NCBI GenBank assembly: GCA_964016885.1 | Contig: OZ024741.1 | Coordinates: 135,470,001 to 135,534,000 of the forward strand | Length of the DNA stretch: 64,000 bases | From: Eledone cirrhosa | Taxonomy: Eukaryota | Reading direction: 5' to 3' | Shown here: positions 26,306 through 42,560 of the stretch, one piece after another | Layout: each line of letters begins with the position of its first letter | Numbering within the stretch: the stretch's first letter is position 1 | Notes under the pieces: generated by a model | Databases searched by the model: none | Told to the model about the DNA's origin: nothing | What the model saw: only the letters and a program-made list of their open reading frames with translations | Translations under genes and position numbers: made by a program

Positions 26306-27775
26306 GAGTCTGTTTCGTTTGCAAGCGTGTGTAATCCCAAACCATTCAAGTGTTACTCATTCAATTGCGTATATATATGCATATAAATTTACGTGTGTTA
26401 GTAATTATATATATATACAATTTCTATGACAATGACACTTTTCGTGAAGTGTCTAAAGTAAATATTACTTTGTTCTAACAAAGTAACATCTATAGTTTGT
26501 AATATTATATTTAATCCCCTCTTGCTTTCAAGAATCGAGAAATTTGTTTACCTCAGTATCATTTAGCTCGAAGCATTTCTTAACGATTTAGCAGAAAATA
26601 TCTAAAACCGGGCTTGTTAATTTAAATATTTATAGTGTCTTTGCTAGCGACAGATCATTGTAAAACTTCACCGTATTCGAGTAATGGTTTACATATATAA
26701 TGTGATGTAGTCATAATGTTGTTTGGTACTTTCGAAGAATGCCTTGCTAGCGTCGTTTCATATGGCTTGAAAATTCAAATAATATTCTTATTGGACAGAT
26801 AATTTTGAAAATTTACAGTATTAAAGTTAAATACTTTAGGTTTTAATGTGATGCAGTCACAATACTGTCACTATACTGTTTTCCACGTTTCCAGAATGGC
26901 TTGCTAATATGGTTTCATCCGTTAAGAGTTAAATCCATTATTTTTGCTACAAAACTAGATTGCCAATGGGAACTTTGCACAATCCTCTCCCTCCCTTCCT
27001 CCCCATACCTCCACTTCCCCTCCTTCCACTCTCTCAGTCTGTCTGTCTCCCTGTCCGACTCTCTGTCTGTCTGTCTCTCTCTCTATTTCTCTCTTTCTCT
27101 CTCACACACATACACACATTTATCTCCACCTTGTGAGGCGACACACTTGAATATCTTGACAAATTATACAGGTGCGTCACGATATTTTATCTCCGGCTTT
27201 TCGCATTCGCATATTAAAAGAAAAAATTAAATAATGATTGATTACCATTTTTAGTGCGCATGCTCAATAATATATAATTAGTAAATGACTAATATTCTGG
27301 TGCCTTACAGTCATCATTTTTCTCAACCTTTGAAATCGAATTGTATTAATCGATTGCAAGTATTGTGCCAATTCACTGCATTTAAGTAAAACAATTATGT
27401 ATTTAAAGACATTATATAAAGATACAAGCTTAACAATAACGTACATACAGATATTATATACAGACATTTACACTTTCGATCTTATACTGTTTTTAGTCAT
27501 TAGACTAAAGCAATGCTGGAGCACATTCTAATCATTAGATTAAGGCAATGCACATTAGCATGGTATGGTCCCATAACTCCTAATTGAGTTGTAGGGACGC
27601 CGTTGTGGCGTACGGCTTTTCTTTGGCATTTTAAGCCTGGTGGAGCCCATCACTCTCCAGAGTTTAAATCGATCATATTAACCTCAATACTAATTTTAAA
27701 TTCTAGTACATATTCTAAAGGGATATCAACAAACAGCATCGGTTGTTAAGCAGTGCTAGCGTAATTACACACACA

Positions 27776-27815
<40 letters not shown>

Positions 27816-28205
27816 ATATATATATGTATATATATAGAGAATATATATGTGTGAAGAGATGACTGGCTGCCGTCTTCAAAATTTCACTTAGAAGGCAATG
27901 GTGAAACCGAACCTGTGATTCTGAACCAGAAATGACGTACTTTCGAAACGGACTTCCTACACGTGCGATAATACACAAACACACATCTATACATGCATAC
28001 ATATATTTTTAGGTATACACATATTTGTGCCTATATACATATGTGTGAATGATGTGTATGTGCCTCTGTATTTGTCTGTATGTCTCAAATGAAAGAGACG
28101 CTATATAGTTTCACGTATTTTTAGATCATAATTATGTTTAATATAATAGAAAATAACTGCTTATTGCGCTATGAATTTCTGTATGAATGTATTTCTTATG
28201 TATTT

Positions 28206-28268
<63 letters not shown>

Positions 28269-29089
28269 GTATGTATATATTTATTTATATATGTATGTAT
28301 GTATGAATGTGTATGTGTGTGTGACAAAACACCTTTATGACAATTTTATAGTCTAATGAGCATTTATATATATATATATATATATTTAACGGGAAAAAAT
28401 GCAGTAAAATCTGCTACAAGCTGGCAACCAAATGTAGATCTGTTGATATATTTGTTTTTTTCTTATTTTCTCCACTTGTCATAACGATCCGCTTCTTATT
28501 TCTCATTAAACTATACATATATGTTAGTTAACAAGCCTTCATTTTACCCAGCACCCATTTCATCCCATTTCATTCCATTTCATCCCCCATTTCATTATTT
28601 TTTCTTCCCCCATTTCATTATTGCTGTGGCTCATTCCATTATTCCTAGCTTTGTTCTTAAACTAATTTTTGTTATGGGACATTGAATTTAATGGAAAGCA
28701 ATCAGATTGCTTTCCCTTCTCCGCTTCATCCATATTCCTATATATATTCCCCCTCTTTCTGTCTCTTTATTATCCTTCCCTGTATCTTTGTCTTACTATT
28801 TTTCTCTTTTCAATGAGTCCCCTTCAGCATTTATTGCTTCTCATTATAATATATGTTCAATTTCCATCGCGAAAATTTGATTGACAAAAACAAGGCACAA
28901 AAAAAAAAAAGAAAAGAAAATTACCAAACTAGAAACAAACAAAAAAGCCCTATATAGATTATCTAACTCAAACAGGAACGTTTCACTTTGAAGTAGATTT
29001 TCAGCCTTAAATATTTCATTTATATGTTTATACCTAAGTTACACACACACACGCATTGTGTAAAAGTTGCCTCCCGTGTTTTGTTTGTT

Positions 29090-29905
<816 letters not shown>

Positions 29906-30160
29906 TACCATTTAACTAACAACTATAATTTATGTAATATGTAAACATTTAGTTTTTCATAAAAGGAAAATTAATATTTCTACTTTTGAATGTTGATAGT
30001 ATCTTTAATTAAACTGTCCTCCATTTTATTTATAAATATATTTTTGTGATCTTTTATTCCTCAAAAGCCAATACATCTAAAGGGTTTAAAATATCTCAAT
30101 AACAATCATCAATTAGATATGTGGCTGATCAAATAATGAGGTAACATTTGATGTACGTGC

Positions 30161-30246
<86 letters not shown>

Positions 30247-30581
30247 GTGTGTGTGTTTATTTAAAAAAGTAAAAGTAATTACCGCTAAATCAAAATTTAA
30301 TTTACTTTATCACATTATATATTAGTAATTAAGTAATGAAGATTTTACAACATAATCTAATGTATAGATTAATATAAAAAAATACCCAATATATGAATAT
30401 TCTAGTATATATTCTAGTATATATCAGTATATGAAATATCTAGTAAGAGAGATGGCTATTATGTTTCATTGATGATGTTTATCTAATTCTCTGACAATAC
30501 GAAAGAAACTGTGTATGCCTGTGTAACTCTGTGTGTGTATATCAATGTAAGCATGTTCCTGTACATGTATGTGTATGTATA

Positions 30582-30652
<71 letters not shown>

Positions 30653-30659
<7 letters not shown>

Positions 30660-30942
30660 TTAAGGACAGTTACTACAACGGCGCCATTCCATGTACGTAC
30701 GTTTCGTTAGCCCTGAGGACCAACTTGTTCAACATCTACCGATGAAAATGAACCGGAAAATGTTTTACATTTCATTTTTATCGGCACAAGTTGAACAAGT
30801 TGGTCCTCAGGGATAACGAAATGTATGTACCTGGTATGGCGCCGTTGTAGCAACTGGCGTAGATAATTATATTCAAACTCACCCTACGGACTTGAGTAGT
30901 TTTATACCTTGGATATTTTTATCTACCTATTACTACATTGTA
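30653..30942 (+). mobile_element. Small foldback element with a 3' tail in (TA)n (PLE-end derivative)
   Basis: ~30653-30750 pairs with ~30772-30871, followed by a tail to 30942. The arms contain the HHR 3' half GAAA-CGTACG-TA with a good stem II, but the 5' core is degenerate (TTGAACAA). Confidence 0.7.
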
Positions 30943-31454
30943 TATACATCTCTCTCTCTCTCTTTCTCTCTTTCTATATATATATATATATCAGTGGCGA
31001 AGGGTAACCTGGAAAGCAGGGCATGCAGTCCAATCGCCATGGCGGATAGTGGGTCTGTGCAGCCCTACCCCTCTCCCATTTCCCTCTAAATGACCCTCCC
31101 GGTCAAAGCCGCATGTAGTGTTATCTTGTGTGTGTATGTTCTCTTTTTATGTGTCTACGATTTAGTAAGCAGCCAAAATTCTGCTTGCTTCAACCGACGC
31201 TGTCGTGTGTTTGTGTGTATGTGTGTGTGTGTGTATTGTCTTTTTATGTGCCTACTATTTAGCAAGCAGCCAACATTCTGCTTGCTACAACCATTTACCA
31301 CAGCTTCGCGTTTTCCTATGGCTTGTGAGGGAATTTGAGTCGCCAGAGAATGTATAGAAGTCTGTCTGATTAACCGTATCTGTAATTCAATTTTGCCTTC
31401 TGCGGTCGATAAAATACGAATTCAATACTTGGATCGATTTTTTCTCAGTTTTAT

Positions 31455-32373
<919 letters not shown>

Positions 32374-32377
<4 letters not shown>

Positions 32378-32796
32378 CAAAAGAATTAATGAAAGAGTTA
32401 CAAACCGTTAAAACATATCTTCATTTAGCTCTTACACATGTTTCGCCCAATGGGCTCGTCGGAGGCAGATATTAAAGGAAAGTTTTTAATTATAGACCCT
32501 AATAGGGTAAAATCATAGCTTTACATCGCGATGCATATCTGCCTCCGACGAGCCTCATTGGGCGAAACATGTGCAAGAGTTAAATAAAGATATTTTCAAC
32601 GGCTTGTAACTCTTTCATTAATTCTTTTGCTTATCACAGCTCTGCTTAACCTCTACACTAAATATTAACTTTCTCTAATATATAACCCTGATAACCCAAG
32701 CATTGAGCACTTACGCATCCATCCGCTTTTGGCATGTAATATTCTGTATCGCAGCTCTTTATTCCTCATATTTCTCTCCTCTACGATACTGTAACC

Positions 32797-32800
<4 letters not shown>
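32374..32800 (+). mobile_element. Foldback element with HHR-like arms and a 3' tail in (TA)n
   Basis: 32374-32472 pairs with 32536-32633. The arms carry CCGACGA-GCC(T)CATTGGGC-GAAA-CATGT (32545-32572). The tail runs to ~32800. Confidence 0.75.
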
Positions 32801-32858
<58 letters not shown>

Positions 32859-32958
32859 TCATATATATATATATGTATATTTATCTATCTATATATCTTT
32901 CTATCTACCTATCTATCAATCTGTATGCGTGTGTATGTGTGTGTGTATGTGTGTATGA

Positions 32959-33000
<42 letters not shown>

Positions 33001-33136
33001 TATGATTTATATGCGTAACATGTATTGTTCTACCTTAGCTTTCAAAGCACAGACTTGTCAGCAACGTCGGTACAAAACGCATGAAGCAGATACCCTGCTC
33101 CTGCCCACTTTTCTTTCTTTCCACGGACATTTTGCC

Positions 33137-33190
<54 letters not shown>

Positions 33191-33639
33191 GAAAGGTATA
33201 GAAAATATTGTAGCAAAAATCCAACAGTATTCTATTGTAGCAATATAACGATCCGAATCGACAATATCGCAAACCTCATTCGTTTACCGAGTGATGTGGT
33301 ATTCGTCAGATTGGACCAAGGAAATAATGTTTCCATTGGTTTTTTTCCAATTGCTAATGCTATATACCGGTCGCAGATCTTGGCAGGATATATATATGTA
33401 TATGGAAGAAATAGGATGTGTTCATAACTGGACAGGGTACGGGTTCTGCCAAGTGTAACTGTCCAATGCACAACAGATGTCATCACCGCGCCTCTACAAC
33501 TCAATCAGCAGGTAAGGATCCTTGGAAGAAATACATAATTCAGTGCATGACGGAATGAGTAGGTGGTGAGCTACAAATCTATTATTTCCATGGAGATTGG
33601 TTTCTGATGGAAAATCGTGGAAGGATTTATATATTATCT

Positions 33640-33962
33640 ACTGAAAATATAGCCATGATTCTTGTTTATAAATCTACAGATATTATAGCTTTGATCACTG
33701 CATATAGAATATACAGAATATACCACTATATATCCCTATATACAGATCTACAAAGTATATATTCTTGTGCCCTCTATATAAATTGACAGAAAATATGGAA
33801 TTGATTCTCCCATATGCAGAAAATATAACTTTGATCCTCCTGCTTAAATCTACAGAAAAGATATAACAGACCCCTATATATAAATTTACAGAAATTATAG
33901 ACTTGATCCCTGTATATGAATCTACAAAATATATAATCTTGTTTGTTCAATATAGATCTAAA
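33640..33962. repeat. Diverged ~35-bp minisatellite
   Basis: ATA(A/G)ATCTACAGAAA..ATA..CTTGATCCC recurs about nine times. Confidence 0.65.
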
Positions 33963-34133
33963 GAAGGTCATTTTTGATACTTAGTGGATTCTATTGGTTT
34001 CCTGTCTTTTATCTCTCATTCCACAGCTAGATGTTACTCGGAAGGTAGATTGAAGAGCTGAAATAGTATTTTATCGATTGCCACTGCTTTTCTGCAAATT
34101 TGGTCAGACCTCGCCTATGATGTTTTTGTGCGG

Positions 34134-34173
<40 letters not shown>

Positions 34174-34365
34174 CGTTTCTGAATTTGTTTACCAAGATTC
34201 TTTATCTGAAAACGTGTGTTGAAACCGATATTGTTATGCTTTGGGAGGGTCATGTTTCCAATAAGAAACACACGCACCATGCTTTCACTTCAATTTATTA
34301 TAAATTAAATTTATAAATTTAAGAATTTATAAATTTCCGGTTGGTTGGTTGGTTCCACAACCAGA

Positions 34366-34641
34366 CGATTGTTCATATATTGTCAAAGTTCTTTCGTCAC
34401 ACATTCTGTGACCTCTTCAGTAGCTGGGGATTCTTTTCTTTGTTTTTGTGCCTCTCCTTTGTTCATAATGTGTGACGAAAGAACTTTGACAATATATGAA
34501 CAATCGAGATTCCTGATGATTTCTAAAGAATGAAACAGTTCTAGTCCGTAGAATCTCATCTATATTAAAACTTTTATACTCTGCTATGTATTGAGTACCT
34601 TACTTACTGTGGTCACCTCCGATTCAACCCGGAATAACGTA

Positions 34642-34645
<4 letters not shown>
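34366..34645 (+). mobile_element. Small foldback + HHR + tail element ending at (TA)n
   Basis: A 40-bp perfect inverted repeat (34366-34405 vs 34467-34506) is followed by an HHR and a tail. Confidence 0.7.
34506..34557 (+). ncRNA. Type I hammerhead ribozyme motif
   Basis: GAGATTC-CTGATGA-tTTCT(aa)AGAAt-GAAA-C..(agttctagtcc)..G-TA-GAATCTC, with a 7-bp stem I and a GUA site. Confidence 0.75.
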
Positions 34646-34697
<52 letters not shown>

Positions 34698-34861
34698 TAT
34701 ATGTGTGTGTGTGTATGTGTGTGAGTATATGATAACTTTGAGCCGTTTCGGCCAGTGCTGGCCCAGGTTATGTCTAACTTAATAGCACCGCCTGGTGAAG
34801 ACTTTCAGATTATAGGTTCACAACCTAGTCATGCTTTGGACATTGTAGCCCCCGCCTCCCT

Positions 34862-34981
<120 letters not shown>

Positions 34982-35003
34982 CATATATATATATATATAT
35001 ATA

Positions 35004-35049
<46 letters not shown>

Positions 35050-35231
35050 ATAAAGTATATATCCCTAAACGCAAAAAGCGTCTAGGGACACATGTATTGT
35101 CCAACCATATGCCATTGTGGTTCAATGGCAGGTTAATAAATTAACGGGCCAGAACATATATAATCAAGGTTTAGCAAATAAGAAAAAGTTTCAAAATAAA
35201 TTTTTAAAAATTCACTGTACTCACTATGGTT

Positions 35232-35318
35232 ACCTTTACCGAATCGGTTTCGAGTCTCAAAAATAAATGGACAGTCCTTGCGGCCTTCCATTGAAAAGAT
35301 AAACTCTCGTCAGAAGGT
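35232..35318 (-). ncRNA. Type I hammerhead ribozyme (mirror copy, perfect stem I)
   Basis: The reverse complement reads ACCTT-CTGACGA-GAGTT...GACTC-GAAA-CCGATTCGG-TA-AAGGT. Confidence 0.8.
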
Positions 35319-35566
35319 TCTTTTCACTCGGAGAATATAAAATTCCCGAAACTTTTTCTTATTTGCTAAACCTTGATTATATATGTCGTTCTGACTGCGG
35401 CTATTTATAGTGGTAGTAGACTGACCTCCCTGCCTCTGCTTCTATCTTTACACACGACACTGGACAGAATTGCTTCCACATCATTCATTTTCATCTCGGG
35501 AACAATTTTGAATAGCGCCAGTTCGTAATTTGAACTCGGGAATTTTATATTCTCCGAGTGAAAAGA

Positions 35567-35653
35567 ACCTTCTGACGAGAGTTTATCTTTTCAATGGAAG
35601 GCCGCAAGGACTGTCCATTTATTTTAGAGACTCGAAACCGATTCGGTACAGGT
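35567..35653 (+). ncRNA. Type I hammerhead ribozyme with a ~45-nt stem II insertion
   Basis: ACCTT-CTGACGA-GAGTT...GACTC-GAAA-CCG(att)CGG-TA-cAGGT. Confidence 0.8.
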
Positions 35654-35835
35654 AACCATAGTGAGTACAGTGAATTTTTTAAAATTTATTTTGAAACTTT
35701 TTCTTATTTGCTAAACCTTGATTATATATATATATAATCAAGGTTTAGCAAATAAGAAAAAGTTTCAAAATAAATTTTAAGTGCTTCTTGCTCATAATAA
35801 TTTCTATACTTTTCATTTATATATATATATATATA

Positions 35836-37174
<1,339 letters not shown>

Positions 37175-37741
37175 CAGGTTGAATGAGCACAACAAAATTT
37201 ATGTACCTGTTTATTTCCCTGTTGTAACTATATATATCCATATATATATATATAAATCAGGGTAGAACTGCGTCTGGAACTAGTTGTTGAAACGGCAAGA
37301 GCTCAACCGCCAGGATAGAATTAGTTTAAAAGTAATTGGACCATTACTCAACAGAGTACTCGATACCTGGAGTATTAGAGTACGGGTATATTATAAAGAG
37401 TCGTTAAATTTTAGATACAGTCCATCCTATAGATCTAACTTGCTTCGTACGTCATGCATCGACTCTAGGTTGTGGTAATTGACACTAGTCCAAGATATCA
37501 TGCAGTAGGATCGAACCGGGGTCTTAAGGATTGCAAGACGATCTTCTTAACTATTCAACTATTCTGAAATGTTTATATCAAGATGGTAAACCACGAATAT
37601 ATAAAGAATGCACAAGAGACATACATTGGTATATATTGGAATTAAAAGAGAAATTGAAGAATTTCTTTGAAAATTACCATTTTTCCCTATAGCAAAAATG
37701 TTTATACTAAATCTGAAATCAACTTAGAAATAACTTTGGGG

Positions 37742-37751
37742 CTGTTGTTGA

Positions 37752-37831
<80 letters not shown>

Positions 37832-37856
37832 ATAATAATAATAATAATAATAATGC
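37742..37856. repeat. Compound trinucleotide repeat (CTG)n(CTA)n(ATA)n
   Basis: Read directly from the sequence. Confidence 0.95.
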
Positions 37857-37874
37857 TGATGAACATAAACGACA

Positions 37875-39172
37875 ATGTTGGTGGATTCTAATATAGGCGC
37901 AGTATTACAAAATTTATTGGAAAGTGAGGGAGAAGTGGGATGCATTGTTGATTATATCGATTCCAATACTTACCTGGGACTTATTTTATCGGACCCTGGA
38001 AGGAAGAAATTTTATGTGAACCTCAGTGGGATTCGAACTAAAGAAAAACATAAAAGACTAAATTACACTAAACCTGTTTTAATATCAACTCCCTTATATA
38101 ATAATTGTTTCTATTTTTGGCACAAGGCCAGCAATTATCCTAATGCATTACTTTATTTTATCGACACAGTAAGGATGAAAGGCAAAGCTAACCTTGGCAT
38201 GATTTGAACTCAGAACATAAAGGGTCATAACTTTATGCTGCAAAGTATGGTGTCTGACGCTCTACCGATTCTCCCAATCCACCACCCTTGTCAATCCACC
38301 GACCTTATATAATAATGATTTCTAGTATAGGCACAAGGTCAGTAATTTAGGGGGAGGACAAATGTCTATTAAATCGATCCAGTGCATTACTGGTACTTTA
38401 TTTTATCGATCCCGTAAGGATGAAAGGCAAAGCTAACCTAGTCGGGATTTGAACACATAACGTAAAGGGCCGTAACTCTATGCTGCGAAGCATGTTGTCC
38501 GACGCTCTATCGATACTGCCAATCCACCACCCTTGGTTTCTGATTTAGGCACAAGGCCAACAATTTTGCGTTACTGTTATTTTATTTCAGCGACCTCGGA
38601 AGAATGATAAGTTGACCTCGGTGGGATTCGAATACAGAACGTAAAAAGTCATAACTAAATACCACAAAGCATTTTGTCCGTCGCTCCAGCAATACTACCA
38701 ACCCACCACCATTGTATAATTCATTCTATTATAAGCACAAGCCCAGAAAGTGTAGTGGTATTAGTCGATTATATCGACCCCTGTACTGGACTGGTACTTT
38801 ATTAATCAACTCCAGACGTATGAAAGGCACAGTTTGCAGGACTTTAATGTTGAACGTAAATAGTCGGGACGGTAACTGCAAAGCATTTGTCTAATGAAGT
38901 AGCAATTTTAACAATTCACTGCCCACAATAATAAAATAATGATTTCAACTATAGGCACAAGGCCAGTAATTTGGGGAAGGGGAAAGTCAATTAAATCGAC
39001 CCCAGTGCATTACTGGTACTTTATTCTTTCGACCACGTAAGGATACCTCGGCGGGATTTATCGACAGCAAAGCTAACCTCAGTGGGATTTAAACTCAGAT
39101 CTGAAAGGGACGTAACTCTATGTCACAAAGCAGGGTGTCCGACGATTTACTGATACTGCCTAGTCACCGCCT
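37875..39172 (-). mobile_element. Head-to-tail cluster of about six SINE family A copies
   Basis: Units at ~37875-38040, 38098-38287, 38308-38531, 38535-38711, 38720-38925 and 38930-39172, each with GGCACAAGGCC...ATGAAAGGCAAAG...GTCCGAC-type motifs. Confidence 0.85.
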
Positions 39173-39619
39173 TTTAAAATAATTTTGAATTAAAACAGGA
39201 TTTTTTAATATCTTTACATTTTTCTCCGTGCCTTGTCTATAATTCCATTATTTAAAAGTAAAGCGCATTTTTCTTAATTTACACTCGATTTATGATAACG
39301 TGTATTAAATGAACAGTTGCGTTGTTATGACGAGAATTTCTGTGAAATTTCGCGACAAACATACTAGACAAAACTAAAGTACTGCCTATTGGTTAAGATG
39401 ACATGTAGTATGCAATGTTTTTGTATACTTCTAAGATACTAATAGATAAATAGTGATGCAGCCTAAAATTAGTGACTAACATTTCAGAGTTTAAATCCTG
39501 CTCACAGCAACGTTGGCTTCGTTCGGAATCGATAAAATAAGTGATAGTAATAAACTTAGGTTTAATCCAATATATCCGTGTTCAAAGTAAATAACAGCAC
39601 TGCTTTTAAGAGAGAAATC

Positions 39620-39915
39620 AATATTTCACATATTTCTGGTGAGAGCGAATAGTAGAGCAGAGCAAGAGAAATGGCTTTGTGGTTGGGGATCTCACTTTGT
39701 AACCATGTAGTTTAAAGATTGATGGCACATGTGTCTTCTCAGATTGATCAATTTTTTCCATTGGTTTAGTCTGGAGAGAAAGACTGCTCGCATGGCCTTT
39801 CAAAAGCCTTCCTAGATCTGTGAGACCGATATTGTTAACAATTGCAACTAGAAGTTGAAAAAATTCTAGAGAACCGACTTTCTGAAGGAAATTAGTTTGA
39901 GACAAAGGTGTAGTT
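39620..39915 (-). pseudogene. Possible decayed Tc1/IS630-type transposase fragment
   Basis: The minus strand at ~39753-39790 reads TCT CCA GAC TA AAC CA ATG GAA, approximating SPDLNP(M/I)E with frameshifts. Confidence 0.3.
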
Positions 39916-39929
39916 ATTTTGAGGATAGA

Positions 39930-40148
39930 AAAATGGTTTCTGATTTAGGCACAAGACCTAACAATTTTTGGGGGCGGGGAAAGTCAATTAAATTGACCCC
40001 AGTACGTTTCCTGCTTCCTTATTTTTTCGACCCCCGTAAGTATGAAAGGCAAAGCTAACTTGATACGATTTGGACTCAGAACGTAAAGGGCCGTGACTTT
40101 ATGCCACAAAGCATATTTTCCGACGTCTACTGATACTGCCAATCCCCG
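39930..40148 (-). mobile_element. SINE family A
   Basis: Full motif order, as in 2165-2381. Confidence 0.8.
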
Positions 40149-40660
40149 GGCATTTTAAATATCTGGGGAATATAATAATGCCAAGAGATATCCTCAGTGA
40201 GGGTGGGGGGTCTAGCGTTTGAAGCAGTCATGAGTCTTTTTCTAATTGAATGATGCAAGATTGTCATGAAACAAATGCTGGATGTTTTCAAGGTCTTTGT
40301 TCATAAAATCAGCGTAGATTTGGTGAGAGAGGCTTTAGTTGCGTCTAGGTAACGCTAGCGTATTTGTGTGTGTGTGTGCGTGTGTGTGTGTGTTTGAGTA
40401 ACAAATCTCAAGATGCATGAAATCTAGTTTAATCCAGTTACATCTAACTACCGTTTTGATAGATCAAGATCGGTATTTCAAATTCTATTCCATAAATTCT
40501 ACGGAATTATTATTTTCCCTACAAGCTAGTTATAAAAAAAAACTGTATCTGTTCAGCTTAATGCAGAAAAATAAATTATATATGTAGAAAAGAAAATCGA
40601 AGCGTAGCTCTCTTTTTTATCAGACGAAATACTGGTAAGATAATATCCTAGATAACAATA

Positions 40661-40771
<111 letters not shown>

Positions 40772-40781
40772 ACAGAGAAAC

Positions 40782-40829
<48 letters not shown>

Positions 40830-42278
40830 CGATCATTTCCAATACTTCTTTTAAAAATTACGGAAATATATGTAAACTTTACTGGAATTAAGTTCGTATT
40901 ATTTTATATTATTTACTTTAGAACACAGGTAATCTCTTTGAAGATATTTTTCAAAGAGATTACTTACATACGAAGGTACAATTACTGTCATAACGTGCAA
41001 GAGGATCCTAGTGAAATCATCATAGAAAACAAAAAGTGCCAGTAGTCATACGTTCGCCAGACAGTGCCTCTTTCTATTGCATTCAGTAGTTAACGACTTC
41101 AAAGTCTTTTCTTAATACAATACAGTGATGTAGTGCTGTTGTATCGACTGTACCAAGAAGACTATTCGTTGTTCAATTTAAATAGTGGATATTAGTATAA
41201 TAAATACAAATAGCAAGTCGAAGGATCAGGTATTGGCCAACTCTAGACATTCTCTCAATCTCCTAAATGCTTTCCTCATGAGGTTTATAATTTCTCTACA
41301 TACGTGTAGAGTAGGATAAAAACTAATCATTTCCAAATGAGTAAAAGCTTGATATTTTCTTAATATAAAGTGTTTGTGGTCATATTAGTGGAAGGGATGG
41401 TATAGAATGGATCTCCATTTGTTTCTACGAGTTTTGTAACTAAACTGCTAGGTCCGTATCCCCTTTTCCCGATTTTACTTTGGAATCTTCGTAACGAATA
41501 TAGAAAATTTAACACATGTACCCTTAACGTAGATCTCAGAGAGATGGCAATGTGTTACAAAGCTTTCGTCCCTTCGGACTTCCTTTTTCCAGTTGTGTGG
41601 ACTGGAATAAGTTTCAAGGACACAAGTTTCAGCTGAGAATCGAACTCTTAGGTTGCAGATCAGGAGCTGAAATCAGTAACTACAAAGTCATGCCCCTTTA
41701 CTGTAAGTAGCATGGAACGGACCACCGTCGCTTTCGGAGATGAGCGTCCCAGTTGTTCGACACAGCCTGCTCTTGAGGATTAACGTGCAAATGGCTGAGT
41801 ATTCCATAGACACGTGAGTCCTTAATTCTCAAGTATAATTACGTTTACACAGATCGAAGACTTGCCAATTAAGTGAGATTATAGGTTTCAAAATGAGACT
41901 ATGGCATAAAAGTGAAAATAAAGATTTCAAGATTAGATCAATAGAAAAAGATTTTACTAATATTTTGAGAGACTCGCATATATTAAGAGCAAGAAAATAA
42001 GATCGTAACATCATAATGTCAACAGTGTGAACTTACTTGGTTAATTATAAGTTTTTATCAGCACAGTAATGAAGCGGAAAAAAATTAGACACTTGTGTCT
42101 ACTTTGTTCAATGATAACTTGATGATGTTTGTCTAGACATGTCAAAAATATATTTCAAAGAATAAACTGTTTAACTAGTAAATGACTGGGAAAACACTGT
42201 ATCTAAAAAACTACGTTTGTCTTATGATTTTAGAAGATGCTCACTCCATTAGATTTTATTAATACAATAATTTCATAG

Positions 42279-42560
42279 TGGAGGCGCGTGGCCTAGTGTT
42301 AAGGATGTTGGACATACGATCATAATGTCATGGGTTCGATTCCAAGACTGGGTTGTTTATTGTGTTCTTGAACAAAACACTTCCTTTCACGTTGCTCCAG
42401 TATACTGAGTTGAAAATGAGTACCAGCAATAGCTGAGGGTGTAACCTTACAATGGACTGGCGTTCTGCTCAGGCGGGAGTCTTGTACTCTCAGTCACTTA
42501 ACGCCACGGAAACAATAGTAAACACCGGCCTGATCAGCCTCCTTTCTCGGGACAGATTTC
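42279..42560 (+). mobile_element. tRNA-derived SINE family B, near full length
   Basis: TGGCCTAGTGTTAAG A-box, GGTTCGATTCC B-box, GTTCTTGAACAAAACACTT and AAAATGAGTACCAG. Confidence 0.85.

Larger units (their letters stand above)
35156..35780 (+). mobile_element. Non-coding PLE pseudo-LTR element with inverted, direct and re-inverted segments
   Basis: 35156-35349 is the reverse complement of ~35536-35727. 35349-35384 repeats the 3' end directly, and a further inverted start follows at 35735-35780. Confidence 0.8.

Noticed and set aside
30992-31345. hAT-like element starting CAGTGGCG
   Set aside because: No matching right TIR or TSD was found.
37667-37891. Poly-Leu signal or transmembrane ORF
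   Set aside because: It is the product of the (CTG)(CTA)(ATA) microsatellite.
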